From: Opitutales bacterium
GTDB taxonomy: Bacteria; Verrucomicrobiota; Verrucomicrobiia; Opitutales; UBA2987
Direction of reading: 5' to 3'
Assembly (NCBI GenBank): GCA_965226205.1
Contig: CBDDCJ010000012.1
Location: forward strand, 14,572 to 78,571
DNA length: 64,000 bases
Shown here: piece by piece, positions 40,053 to 50,965 of the stretch
Layout: every line of letters begins with the position of its first letter
Numbering within the stretch: the stretch's first letter is position 1
Notes under the pieces: model-generated
Databases searched by the model: none
What the model was told of the DNA's origin: nothing
What the model saw: only the letters and a program-made list of their open reading frames with translations
Program-made: the position numbers and the translations under genes

Positions 40053-41071
40053 TTAATCGACAAGCAGCCCTGCCGGGACGCTGAAAAAGCTTCCATCGTC
40101 GAGCCTCTGGAAAAAGCGGCTGCCGGGAACATTAGTATCGAAAGTCCAAATCCACCCTGCATTTCCATCAAATATAAACATCCAGCGATAAGTGTTTTCG
40201 TTCAGAAAAAGCCATTCACCTAAGCCGAAGTCCCATACGAAAATTACCTCCTCGGCACTATTCTCGGAAACAAACTGCCAGCCGTGCTCATCGTGGTAAA
40301 TCCAAGGCCAATTATCCACATTGTAGTTGCCGTACCATAAAGAGGAACGCCATGCGGCAAAGCCGTCAATCGGGGTGCCAGCAAAAGGATCGTTCGTTTC
40401 AAGTTCATTCCAGAACATGCTCTCAGCCCAACCTAAGCCATGAGAAGGATTCCTATCTAATCGGGAGTTATTAGGAACAATGTCAATTGACGGATCAGCG
40501 AGCCCTACTGTTTTGGCATAATATTCTATAGGTCCACTGTGACCATAAAACCCGGTCGGAAATAATATAACTCCTTCCCCGACTTCCCTATTTTTATCTT
40601 CTGTTCTCCAATTAAATTCACTGCTCGTTCCGGGTGCACCATCCGAAGTCGCATAATAATTTTCAAGTTTGTTAATACGATTCGATCCGGTCCATTGTGA
40701 TATATTACCGGACCAACTCCATAAATTCACTCCTAAAACTGAATCTGAACCCGCTTGAGAAGGCATGTAAGGATCAAGAAGTGTGACCTGGACCTCAACA
40801 CTAGCATTTCTACTTAACAACTTTCTGGCCGCGGCACGCGCCACCCAATCACCGGCGCTATGCGCAATAAAATGAACCTTTTTCAGCGATTGAGCCAGAC
40901 GGTCGAGGAGATCTCCGAGATGGATTCCGTGCATATGGGAAATGTGTGAAGCCTGAGATGCATTACGTATACCATTTTCATTCGTAAAAAAGGCGGCCCC
41001 TGTGTCGGCATCGGGTTCCCAATGATAAAATATAAGTTTCCAGTCGCTACTTCTAAGTTGAGTAATTAAAT
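40053..41071 (-). pseudogene. 5'-truncated alpha/beta-hydrolase-like protein with Trp-rich C-terminal domain
   Basis: VHFIAHSAG nucleophile elbow and TLLDP; the reading frame runs into the IS4 left end; the first residues in the ORF track come from the IS. Confidence 0.65.
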
Positions 41072-42531
41072 CAATAGCATCCCATAGGAAATAACGCAAA
41101 ACGGCTGGAATTGCTCTTGTTCGCCTGTTTCACTAGAAGCAGGTTACTATGAAAAAACAAAAAGCAAATCCAGCCAAATGCAAGGTGTGCGTTCTGCGAC
41201 AGCTTTGCAATTTTATTCCGGGACATCTGGTGGCCAAGTTGGCCCGCCAGTAGGGTGTCGATAAGAAAGCTCGCAGTTTCAGTCCATGGAGCCATATCGT
41301 TAGTTTGCTCTATGCTCAGATCACTCATGCTATTGGGCTTAATGATGTCTGTGACGGACTCGCTCATCACAGAGGGTTGCTGGCCAGTATCCGGGGGGCC
41401 AGCGCTCCCAGTCGCAACGGGCTTTCCTACGCCAACAAGCATCGCGATGCCGCGATGTCGGGAGAACTGTTTTGGTCGGTGCTCAAGCACTTGCAGTCGT
41501 TGTCTCCGGGGTTTGCGGGTGGTAATTTCAAGGGGTTTCCCCGACGTTTCAAACGCGTTATCAACATCGTCGATTCGTCCACTATCGGTTTGGTCGCCAA
41601 TTGCATGGATTGGGCTAAACATCGTCGGCGAAAGGCGGCCGCCAAATGTCACTTGCGCCTGGATTTGAAAAGTTTTCTGCCCCGGTTTGCCATCATCGAC
41701 ACGGCCAGGGACAATGACGCCAAACGAGCCCGTGAAATGTGCGCCGCCCTCAAAGCCGGTGAAATCGTATTGTTTGACAAGGCCTACATCGATTTGGCCC
41801 ACCTCTTTGACTTGTCCTCGAGGGGCATTTACTTTGTCACCCGGGCCAAAGAGAACATGGCCTTGCGCTGTGTCAAGAGGCTGTTCAAGAAGCCCAAGGG
41901 CAATATTTTGCGCGATGATCTGGTGGTCCTTAAGAACAAAAAATCCCGTCAGGATTACCCTCAACCGATGCGCCGGGTAACGGCATGGGTGGAGATTGAT
42001 GGCCAGTGGCGAGTGATGGAATTTTTGACTAATAATTTGCAGTGGTCGCCCCATACGATCAGCGAACTGTATCGCTGCCGCTGGTCCATTGAAACCTTCT
42101 TCCGCCAGATCAAACAAACGCTCAACTTGTGCGATTTCCTCGGCCATAGCGCCAATGCCGTGCGCTGGCAGATTTGGAGCGCTTTGCTGCTCTATGTGCT
42201 GCTCCGCTTCCAGGCCTGGTTGAGCCGCTGGGAGCATAGTTTTGTCCGCCTGTTCACACTTGTCAGAGGCGTGCTTTGGGATCGCTTTAACCTGCGGGAC
42301 TTGCTCGATTTCTATGGGACAGCCGGTGGACGCTTTAGAATGCGAGCGACTCCCCAGCAGGCTTATTTCCCTGGGTTTGGTTGAAAACCTATGGGACAGC
42401 ACAAGGTGGCAAAAGCAATAAAAGAGAAACATGTGATAAAATTTCAAAAATTCGATTCCCCCAAAAGTCAAAAACTCACATTGATTATCAATGGGTTACG
42501 AAGCTTGCCTCGCCCCTATGGGATGGTATTG
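41072..42531 (+). mobile_element. IS4-family element, copy 2
   Basis: 17-bp IRs caatagcatcccatagg / cctatgggatggtattg; flanks do not form a direct repeat. Confidence 0.93.
41149..42384 (+). pseudogene. IS4 transposase with premature stop
   Basis: TAG at 41251-41253 where copies 1 and 3 have TAT. Confidence 0.85.
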
Positions 42532-42950
42532 ATTCGAATTCCAAGGTTTGAAAGTGCCCCGACTATCCGATCACTTCCCCATTGTGGATTTTCCTCAAGC
42601 ATCCTCAGGACCAGTTGTTCGATATCGCGATCTATTCTGGGTCGGCCCTTTTTTCTTTCTGACTTAAAAGTCAACTTTGCGGCTACGAGGTTGCGGTACC
42701 ATCTGAGCAAGGTGTCCGGCGTCACAATCGGTGAAATCCCCAAGAGAGCTCTTCGTCCCAGCTTTTTCGCTTTCTGAGCAAGCCTTATTCTCTGGGAATT
42801 ATTGAAGGCTTTGGGTTTTCCCCCGAGTTGCTCGATCAAGATATGCCTTTCCTCAGTCAGATACTCGATAACAGCCTGTTGGTGCCGGTTCACCCAGCCC
42901 GCGATCAGATGCACCAAGAAGTGAAATGGTAGATTCATACGTCTGAGCAA
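42532..42950 (-). pseudogene. N-terminal fragment of an integrase-core (rve) type transposase, cut by IS4
   Basis: AGWVNRHQQAVIEYL...IVTPDTLLRWYR...GRPRI...ENPQWGSDRIVGAL; ends at the IS4 right IR before any catalytic domain. Confidence 0.75.
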
Positions 42951-43254
42951 CGCTGAGTCTATCTTTCAGATATTCAATACCTTATTTGATTGGGCTGATT
43001 ATTTTGACAATACAGGGTTTGTGAAGTATATAATTCCGTAAATGAATTCAATCTATACGGCAAGAGATTTGTAAAATAATAGGAATATTTGTTCCAAAAC
43101 ATAACCAACATATGGCATTAGACAAACCCCTTATAGCTGTTTCACTTTTGGCGAGAACGATATCCTTGACAAATCCGAAGATCGGAGTGATTAGGGCAAG
43201 TCAGCTTTAAACATTCGTCCGGCTGGCGAATAGCAGCATCGTCAGCCGTATAGC

Positions 43255-44205
43255 TTGATGTATCAAACTGTTTCAAGAAAAAAAGCCCTCCGTGAGTGGC
43301 GATTGTATTTTTTCGTCCTACCTTCACTAGTGGTTATATTGATATTTGCCTATTTTCCTGTATTCAGTGCATTATATCACAGTTTTTTCGACTGGAGCGG
43401 CGGTAACACAAAAGAATTCATCGGATTCGAAAACTTCAAACGGATTCTCAACGACACGATTTTTTGGCACTCCTTTATTACCATCGCTATCCTTATCGTC
43501 GCTAATATTTTCAAACTGATTCCCTCAATTATCCTAGCGGTTTTGATCCACCGTATGGTGAGCAAAGGGGCTCAGTACTGGTATCGGATGGCGGTTGTCA
43601 TCCCAATGTTGGTTCCGGGTATCGTAATCCTCTTTATTTGGAAATTCTTTTATGATCCTAACCTAGGTGTTCTTAACTATTTACTGGATGCAACTCACCT
43701 CAAAAATGTGTTGGTATGGGTTGATGAGCGTTTCAGTTGGGAAATATTCCATAATAATGTGCCGGTTAGTTGGTTGAGCACACCAGAGCTTATCATACCG
43801 GCACTTATCATCTGGGGGTTCCCGTGGATCGGAGCGGTTGGCGTACTTATTTACCTGGCGGGTCTGCAGAGTATCGACAAACAACTTTACGAAGCGGCGG
43901 ACATCGACGGAGCGGGGCCTTTCCAAAAGTTCTTTTATATCGAGTTCCCGTTGATCCTGACCCAGGTGCGGGTAACCCTGATTCTCCTCATCATCCATAC
44001 ACTGCAGGGTTTTGGGCAACAGTTTCTCCTTCTCGGTGAAAATGGAGGGCCGGCGCGTGCAGGCATGACCCCGGGTCTCTGGATGTTCAATCGCGCTTTC
44101 TTCAATGGTGAGTTTGGATATGCTTGCGCCCTAGGCTTGATCCTCTTCTTCGTGATTTTGGGATTGACTATGATAAGCAACAAATATGTTCGTATAGACT
44201 ACTGA
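43255..44205 (+). CDS. Carbohydrate ABC transporter permease
   Basis: FIGFENF and LAGLQSIDKQLYEAADIDGA (EAA loop). Confidence 0.92.
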   Translation: MMYQTVSRKKALREWRLYFFVLPSLVVILIFAYFPVFSALYHSFFDWSGGNTKEFIGFENFKRILNDTIFWHSFITIAILIVANIFKLIPSIILAVLIHRMVSKGAQYWYRMAVVIPMLVPGIVILFIWKFFYDPNLGVLNYLLDATHLKNVLVWVDERFSWEIFHNNVPVSWLSTPELIIPALIIWGFPWIGAVGVLIYLAGLQSIDKQLYEAADIDGAGPFQKFFYIEFPLILTQVRVTLILLIIHTLQGFGQQFLLLGENGGPARAGMTPGLWMFNRAFFNGEFGYACALGLILFFVILGLTMISNKYVRIDY

Positions 44206-45098
44206 TGGAAACGACCGCCGGCATATCTCACTTTCATCGGAAATATCGAGCTGAATGGGTTAAACACGCCATCGTTATTGCGATCCTTTGCGTCGAGTTA
44301 CTGCCTTTTTATATGATGGTGCAGATCAGCGTTAAGGATAACACCACTTTTATCCAGAATCCCTGGTTACCGCCGAATCCATGGATTCCCGACCAATCAG
44401 CGCTTACGGAGATTGATACCAGCAGTTGGCATTGGAGCAATTACCAATATGGTATCAAACTTATTGCTCCTTACTTAATCAATACGGTCTTTGTTGCCGT
44501 TCTCTCCGTTGTCGGCACGCTCGTACTTGCCGTACTAGGGGCCTATTTCTTCGCACGCTACAAAATGCCATTCTCGAACCTATTCTGGGGCATCTTTCTG
44601 ATTCTGCTTCTCATGCCTGCCATCGCAAATATTGTTCCGCTCTTCAGTCTCCTTAAGAATCTCAACCTACTGAATACTTTGTGGGCGCTTATTGTCGTTC
44701 AAACGGCTGGAGGGCAAGCCTTTAACATCCTAATCTTAAAGAACTTTATCGAGAACATACCGACGGCTCTCTTCGATGCAGCAGAGATTGACGGCGCTTC
44801 CCATTGGCAGCAGGTGTTTTATATAGTGGTACCTCTTTGTGCTCCGATCATTGGTTCCCTTGCCATCTTTATTCTCATCGGTTCATGGAATGAATATTTG
44901 CTGCCGCTGATCGTCATTCGTGACAAGGAATTATTCACCGTCGGCATTGGCCTGATCTACCTTGATGGCGAATTTGTCAAGCGTTGGGGTTTGATCATGT
45001 CCTCCTTTACGATTGCTAGCATTCCCCTTATCATTTTCTTTCTTTTCACCATGAGGCTCTTTATTCGCGGGCTCTCCAGTGGAGCGGTCAAGGGATGA
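44205..45098 (+). CDS. Carbohydrate ABC transporter permease
   Basis: IPTALFDAAEIDGA loop, GSWNEYL, FIRGLSSGAVKG end; ATG overlaps the upstream stop. Confidence 0.92.
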   Translation: METTAGISHFHRKYRAEWVKHAIVIAILCVELLPFYMMVQISVKDNTTFIQNPWLPPNPWIPDQSALTEIDTSSWHWSNYQYGIKLIAPYLINTVFVAVLSVVGTLVLAVLGAYFFARYKMPFSNLFWGIFLILLLMPAIANIVPLFSLLKNLNLLNTLWALIVVQTAGGQAFNILILKNFIENIPTALFDAAEIDGASHWQQVFYIVVPLCAPIIGSLAIFILIGSWNEYLLPLIVIRDKELFTVGIGLIYLDGEFVKRWGLIMSSFTIASIPLIIFFLFTMRLFIRGLSSGAVKG

Positions 45099-45317
45099 GT
45101 TTGCTACCTACACGATTTTCCACAAAGACCATGGCGGAGCCAGAAGAGGAGCAAAGGAAGATTCTGAAAAATTACTCTGTGGATCTGGAAATTCTGGTTC
45201 GTTATGTCCAGATTTTATCGGCAAGTATGTTAGAGCATGTGAGATTCTGACGATCAATATCTGTCATGCTTTTTGAAATTTAACACAAATAATGAAGATA
45301 AAGGAAGGAAAATTACA

Positions 45318-46082
45318 ATGAGTGGCAAATGGTCAATTGAACAGCTTAACGAATATAATGCAAATGGTTATTATTTTGTGAAAGGATTGTTGAATAAAGA
45401 AGAGGTCAATTTACTGAACGAAGCCGTTCCGGAAATACTACATGATGATCAAAAGTACGCCAGTTTACATCGTGTAAAGGAAAAGAGTGGGGCGGTAAGA
45501 GCAGTATTTCTAGCTCATAGATTCGTTGAGCCGTTCAAAGAGATTATTAGAAACCCTAAAATTTTGATGCCTGTTCAGCAGATTTTGAACAACGATGTTT
45601 ATGTGTGGCATTCAAAGATGAACGTTAAGGACGCGTTTGAAGGTACAGTGTGGCTATGGCACCAAGATTATGGATACTGGTTATGGGATGGAGCTAAAAA
45701 GCCTCGGTTTGTTTCTGTAATGATATTATTAGACAAAGCAACACTGAACAATGGGTGTTTGATGGTAGTAGCCAAATCTCATAAATCGGGCCGTCAAGAG
45801 CATTATCTTGATGAAAATACTACAAGCTATAAGCAGTGGTGTCTAAATACCGACTTTCTAAAAGAAAATGTCAAAGATGAAGATATTATTCATGTGATTG
45901 GAGAGCCTGGCGACGTATTATTCTTTGATTGCAATATTGTTCACGGTTCGGGTCACAACATGTCCCCTCTTTCAAGAAATACATTTATAATAGCGTATAA
46001 TGCTATTGATAATATTCCTGAGAATGTTGAAAACCCGCGTCCGGACTGGGTAGTATCAAAAACCCTTGACATTGTGAAATGA
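45318..46082 (+). CDS. PhyH-family Fe(II)/2-oxoglutarate dioxygenase (ectoine/proline hydroxylase-like)
   Basis: WHQDYGYW HxD motif, NGCL, PGDVLFFDCNIVHGS; visibly AT-rich. Confidence 0.88.
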   Translation: MSGKWSIEQLNEYNANGYYFVKGLLNKEEVNLLNEAVPEILHDDQKYASLHRVKEKSGAVRAVFLAHRFVEPFKEIIRNPKILMPVQQILNNDVYVWHSKMNVKDAFEGTVWLWHQDYGYWLWDGAKKPRFVSVMILLDKATLNNGCLMVVAKSHKSGRQEHYLDENTTSYKQWCLNTDFLKENVKDEDIIHVIGEPGDVLFFDCNIVHGSGHNMSPLSRNTFIIAYNAIDNIPENVENPRPDWVVSKTLDIVK

Positions 46083-46351
46083 ATGTTAGTTGATGTCTAT
46101 TAGCTTTAGTTCATTAAATCGATGCGGAGGAGTCGGTTAGCAATGAAGAGTGCGAAAGGTTTTGTGGTCGATAGAAAGATTTTCGATTATTACGTTGCCA
46201 ACGGCGGCAATTTTTTCGATTCGGCGAATGTCTATTCGAGCGGTCGCAGCTGGAAATTATTAGAGAATTCATTCCAATAGCATCCCATAGGAAATAACGC
46301 AAAACGGCTGGAATTGCTCTTGTTCGCCTGTTTCACTAGAAGCAGGTTACT

Positions 46352-47587
46352 ATGAAAAAACAAAAAGCAAATCCAGCCAAATGCAAGGTGTGCGTTCTGC
46401 GACAGCTTTGCAATTTTATTCCGGGACATCTGGTGGCCAAGTTGGCCCGCCAGTATGGTGTCGATAAGAAAGCTCGCAGTTTCAGTCCATGGAGCCATAT
46501 CGCTAGTTTGCTCTATGCTCAGATCACTCATGCTATTGGGCTTAATGATGTCTGTGACGGACTCGCTCATCACAGAGGGTTGCTGGCCAGTATCCGGGGG
46601 GCCAGCGCTCCCAGTCGCAACGGGCTTTCCTACGCCAACAAGCATCGCGATGCCGCGATGTCGGGAGAACTGTTTTGGTCGGTGCTCAAGCACTTGCAGT
46701 CGTTGTCTCCGGGGTTTGCGGGTGGTAAATTCAAGGGGTTTCCCCGACGTTTCAAACGCGTTATCAACATCGTCGATTCGTCCACTATCGGTTTGGTCGC
46801 CAACTGCATGGATTGGGCTAAACATCGTCGGCGAAAGGCGGCTGCCAAATGTCACTTGCGCCTGGATTTGCAAAGTTTTCTGCCCCGGTTTGCCATCATC
46901 GACACGGCCAGGGACAATGACGCCAAACGAGCCCGTGAAATGTGCGCCGCCCTCAAAGCCGGTGAAATCGTATTGTTTGACAAGGCCTACATCGATTTGG
47001 CCCACCTCTTTGACTTGTCATTGAGGGGCATTTACTTTGTCACCCGGGCCAAAGAGAACATGGCCTTGCGCTGTGTCAAGAGGCTGCTCAAGAAGCCCAA
47101 GGGCAATATTTTGCGCGATGATCTGGTGGTCCTTAAGAACAAAAAATCCCGTCAGGATTATCCCCAGCCGATGCGCCGGGTAACGGCATGGGTGGAGATT
47201 GATGGCCAGTGGCGAGTGATGGAATTTTTGACTAATAATTTGCAGTGGTCGCCCCATACGATCAGCGAACTGTATCGCTGCCGCTGGTCCATTGAAACCT
47301 TCTTCCGCCAAATCAAACAAACGCTCAACTTGTGCGATTTCCTCGGCCATAGCGCCAATGCCGTGCGCTGGCAGATTTGGAGCGCTTTGCTGCTCTATGT
47401 GCTGCTCCGCTTCCAGGCCTGGTTGAGCCGCTGGGAGCATAGTTTTGTCCGCCTGTTCACACTTGTCAGAGGCGTGCTTTGGGATCGCTTTAACCTGCGG
47501 GACTTGCTCGATTTCTATGGGACAGCCGGTGGACGCTTTAGAATGCGAGCGACTCCCCAGCAGGCCTATTTCCCTGGGTTTGGTTGA
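46352..47587 (+). CDS. IS4-family transposase, full length
   Basis: 411-aa uninterrupted ORF with DDE and YREK-like motifs. Confidence 0.93.
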   Translation: MKKQKANPAKCKVCVLRQLCNFIPGHLVAKLARQYGVDKKARSFSPWSHIASLLYAQITHAIGLNDVCDGLAHHRGLLASIRGASAPSRNGLSYANKHRDAAMSGELFWSVLKHLQSLSPGFAGGKFKGFPRRFKRVINIVDSSTIGLVANCMDWAKHRRRKAAAKCHLRLDLQSFLPRFAIIDTARDNDAKRAREMCAALKAGEIVLFDKAYIDLAHLFDLSLRGIYFVTRAKENMALRCVKRLLKKPKGNILRDDLVVLKNKKSRQDYPQPMRRVTAWVEIDGQWRVMEFLTNNLQWSPHTISELYRCRWSIETFFRQIKQTLNLCDFLGHSANAVRWQIWSALLLYVLLRFQAWLSRWEHSFVRLFTLVRGVLWDRFNLRDLLDFYGTAGGRFRMRATPQQAYFPGFG

Positions 47588-47696
47588 AAACCTATGGGAC
47601 AGCACAAGGTGGCAAAAGCAATAAAAGAGAAACATGTGATAAAATTTCAAAAATTCGATTCCCCCAAAAGTCAAAAACTCACATTGATTATCAATG

Positions 47697-47759
47697 GGTT
47701 ACGAAGCTTGCCTCGCCGGTTACGAAGCTTGCCTCGCCGGTTACGAAGCTTGCCTCGCC
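47697..47759. repeat. 21-bp unit x3 inside the IS4 right end
   Basis: ggttacgaagcttgcctcgcc three times; single in copies 1 and 2. Confidence 0.95.
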
Positions 47760-47891
47760 CCTATGGGATGGTATTGAATTCATTCAATACAGTTGCAACA
47801 AGTATGTAGTGGCCAACTCATATCCGCAGATCGATTGTGACGCCAGTACGACTATTCTAGTAAAGGAACAATCCATATCCCAATTAATGTT

Positions 47892-48893
47892 ATGAAATAC
47901 CGAAATTTTGGACGTACAGGTGTGAAAGTAAGCCCGTTATGCCTAGGATGCTTGATGTTTGGCAAGAAAACCGAACCGGAGGATGCCTACCGGATCATAG
48001 ATCGCGCGCTCGATGCGGGGATTAATTTTCTGGATACGGCCAACGTTTACAGCCGGGGCCGGAGTGAGGAAATCACGGGCGAGGCGCTCAAGCTTAACGG
48101 GCAGCGCAAACGTGTTTTCCTGGCCACCAAGGTGCATGGAGTGATGGCGGACGATGATCCCAACATGCAGGGGAACTCGCGTCGGCATATCATTGAGCAA
48201 TGCGATGCCAGTTTGAAGCGTTTGCAGACGGACTGGATCGACCTCTACCAGATTCACCGCCCCCAGTCGGATATCCCCATAGATGAGACTTTGCGAGCAC
48301 TGGACGACCTGATCCACGCAGGCAAGGTGCGCTACATCGGAACGAGCACCCATGCGGCGTGGCAAGTAATGGAGTCGCTGTGGGTGGCCAAGGAGCTGGG
48401 ACTGAACCGTTTTGTGTGCGAGCAACCGCCATATAATTTACTCGACCGCCGTATTGAGCGAGAACTCCTGCCCATGGCGCGGACCTATGGTATGGCTATA
48501 ATTCCATGGAGTCCTCTTGCCGGAGGAATTCTTACGGGCAAGTACGCCAAGGGACGGACTCCGCCGGGAGGCTCTCGCTTTGCGAATCCGAATAAAGCTC
48601 ATCTGCCACATTATAACGATGCGGCGTTGGATACGGCCACCGCCATAAAGACCATAGCGGAAGCAAAAGGCGTGCCCTCATCGCAATTTGCCTTGGCCTG
48701 GGTAATGGCGCAGCCTGGTGTGACCAGTCCGATCATCGGGCCGCGCACCATAGAGCAGCTGGAGGACAACCTCAAGGCACTGGACGTGCAGATTACTGAT
48801 GAGGACCGGGCCGGGCTCGATGCGGTCACTACGCCCGGGGGTAGTGTTTCGGCTTTTTATGAGGCCGATTTTGGGCCGCACCTATACCGGTAG
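47892..48893 (+). CDS. Aldo/keto reductase
   Basis: GINFLDTANVY, SLKRLQTDWIDLYQIH, GKVRYIG, PWSPLAGGILTGKY. Confidence 0.93.
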   Translation: MKYRNFGRTGVKVSPLCLGCLMFGKKTEPEDAYRIIDRALDAGINFLDTANVYSRGRSEEITGEALKLNGQRKRVFLATKVHGVMADDDPNMQGNSRRHIIEQCDASLKRLQTDWIDLYQIHRPQSDIPIDETLRALDDLIHAGKVRYIGTSTHAAWQVMESLWVAKELGLNRFVCEQPPYNLLDRRIERELLPMARTYGMAIIPWSPLAGGILTGKYAKGRTPPGGSRFANPNKAHLPHYNDAALDTATAIKTIAEAKGVPSSQFALAWVMAQPGVTSPIIGPRTIEQLEDNLKALDVQITDEDRAGLDAVTTPGGSVSAFYEADFGPHLYR

Positions 48894-49080
48894 GGCGCGT
48901 CATGTCTGTGGCGCGACGCTGATAATCGGATGGAGGATTATAGGCGAGATGCTTGTATTCACGTGTAAAACTCAGGAATTGACCCATCATGTCATTCCGT
49001 AGTTGAAAATGTACCACTTTGAGGGTGAGATTAGCTCGAGGCTGTCCCAAAGTTGTAACCATTTGTTTTACAGTAAGTTA

Positions 49081-50880
49081 GAGGCTGTCCCAAAAATATA
49101 AAGATTTTGTAGTCAACTGGATGACGTTTATAAAAATAGCCGGAAAGAGCATTTTTTTGCTCGATCCGGCTAAAAAAGGGTTCTATAATTGCGTTAGCGA
49201 AAATCAATATAGCCCTTTCTATGAAAAATATAGCCATCCAATGCCTCCTGCGTCCAGCTTTAACTGTGGTCGACCGTTGCCTCGATTACGATAACTTTCG
49301 CGCCACCATCGAGCGTATCGACCGGCTGCTGATCGATTCGGAGGTGGAATCGCAGGGCGTTGATCTGGCCTTGGAAAGAGGCCAGCCAATGAGTGTAAAG
49401 GCCCGGCAAAAGCGGGCTAATTTTGCCCTCAAGGCGTTGCGTATGGAAACGCTGCGTTATCTGCTCGGTGGGATTTCGTTTCGGCATTTGTCGAGGGCTC
49501 TGGGCAGCAGCGATCTGTTGGCTGACTTTTGTCGTGTCCGCCATATCGACGGCATAAGGGGCATCTCCAAGAGCACCCTGGAACGGGCCTCGAAGTTTTT
49601 CAGCGAAGAGCAGTTGAGGGCCTTGCACCGGACCTTGACTGAGGTTGTGGGCGATGCCGATCTGGCCCGGCAGGTGGTGGGATTGGACAAGCCGATAGAC
49701 ACCACCATTTGCCTGATCGACGGCACCTGTTTGGAGGTCAACATTCATTGGCCGACGGACTGGGTGCTGCTCAAAGCGATCCGGCTGATCCGTGAGAAGG
49801 CCGGTTTGCGCCATCGCATGCCGATCGAACCGGAGCCCTTGGCTCGGCAGATGAATCGGCTGTGCATACAGATGACCCACAGCCGGCGGCGAAAGGACAG
49901 CGCGCGGCAACGCAAGGGTATCTTGAGGCAGATGAAAAAGCTGCTCAAACGGATCGGGGAGCATGCCCGCAGTCACCGGGAATTATTGCAAGCCTGCTGG
50001 GAGCAAAGCGATTACAGCGAAAAACAGGTCCAACAGATCCTTACCCGGATGGAGCGCATGAGCGAGCTAATCCCGGTGGTCATCAAGCAAGCGCACGAGC
50101 GAATCATTGGCGGCCGCCAGGTGAAAAACGCAGAGAAAGTTTTGAGTGTTTACGAACCCGATGCGCAGGTGATTGTGCGAGGCAAAGCGGGCCAAGAGGT
50201 TGAGTTTGGCAACACCCTGTTTTTGGGTGAAAGCGTTGAAGGATACCTGCTGGACTGGAAACTCTACGGCAGCCGGACGCCAAGCGAAAATGAACAAATG
50301 CAAGAGAGTTTGCAAAGACAGAACCGCTTCAACCTAGCCGAACCCATAGCGGCCATGTGCGCGGACCGGGGATTCGCCTCCCAGCGGGCCCGCCGGCAGT
50401 TAGCCCAGGAGGGCATCTACGATGCGCTCTGTCCACGCGATCCGAAGCAGTTGAAAAAACGGATGGAGGAACCACACTTCAGGCAATTGCAAAAGCGCCG
50501 GGCCAGCACCGAAGGGCGGATCGGGGTATTGAAGAATCGCTGGCAGGCCGGGCGATTGCGCAGCAAAGGCTTTGCCAACCGCTCGATCAGCGTAGCCTGG
50601 TCGGTCCTCTCGCACAATCTATGGAAAGTGGCCAAGATGCTGGCCCAGCAAGATGAACTAAAAACCAAAGCGGCGGCCTAAATAAAGAGCGGAAAAGCAA
50701 GGACAATACTTTTTCACAGGCCTACTGTCGGCCCATACAAAGAAAACCAGGCAAACGGACCCCAAAACCAGAATCCTAACGTCATAGGAGAGCAAAGTCA
50801 CCCCCTCCCAAAAGAAAATACCACTAAAATGAACACTCTTCAAAATCCCCTCGCAAAAATCACCCTTTTGGGACAGCCTC
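49081..50880 (+). mobile_element. 1.8-kb IS (IS5/ISNCY-like DDE) with 7-bp TSD
   Basis: Perfect 15-bp IRs gaggctgtcccaaaa / ttttgggacagcctc; taagtta at 49074-49080 and 50881-50887. Confidence 0.92.
49221..50681 (+). CDS. DDE transposase (IS5/ISNCY-like)
   Basis: LIDGTCLEVNIHWPTD, RGKAGQEVEFG, ADRGF, RASTEGRIGVLK. Confidence 0.85.
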   Translation: MKNIAIQCLLRPALTVVDRCLDYDNFRATIERIDRLLIDSEVESQGVDLALERGQPMSVKARQKRANFALKALRMETLRYLLGGISFRHLSRALGSSDLLADFCRVRHIDGIRGISKSTLERASKFFSEEQLRALHRTLTEVVGDADLARQVVGLDKPIDTTICLIDGTCLEVNIHWPTDWVLLKAIRLIREKAGLRHRMPIEPEPLARQMNRLCIQMTHSRRRKDSARQRKGILRQMKKLLKRIGEHARSHRELLQACWEQSDYSEKQVQQILTRMERMSELIPVVIKQAHERIIGGRQVKNAEKVLSVYEPDAQVIVRGKAGQEVEFGNTLFLGESVEGYLLDWKLYGSRTPSENEQMQESLQRQNRFNLAEPIAAMCADRGFASQRARRQLAQEGIYDALCPRDPKQLKKRMEEPHFRQLQKRRASTEGRIGVLKNRWQAGRLRSKGFANRSISVAWSVLSHNLWKVAKMLAQQDELKTKAAA

Positions 50881-50965
50881 TAAGTTAATTCGTTTATAAA
50901 ACTGTCATAAAGACCGTTTTTAGGGGATTTTGGGCAAATTCGATGTCTATAACACCGTCAGCCTT

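Larger units (their letters stand above)
46275..47776 (+). mobile_element. IS4-family element, copy 3 (intact, 9-bp TSD)
   Basis: Same IRs; aattcattc at 46266-46274 and 47777-47785. Confidence 0.95.
49038..50965 (+). mobile_element. MITE copy 1 (49038-49080 + 50888-50965), interrupted and 3'-truncated
   Basis: The joined sequence matches the first ~120 bp of the 299-bp element at 57265. Confidence 0.85.

Noticed and set aside
47697-47759. Mini CRISPR array
   Set aside because: Head-to-tail 21-bp repeats with no spacers, inside an IS end; no cas genes
41072-47776. Composite transposon formed by IS4 copies 2 and 3 carrying the ABC permeases and dioxygenase
   Set aside because: Copy 3 has its own 9-bp TSD and the outer flanks do not match, indicating independent insertions
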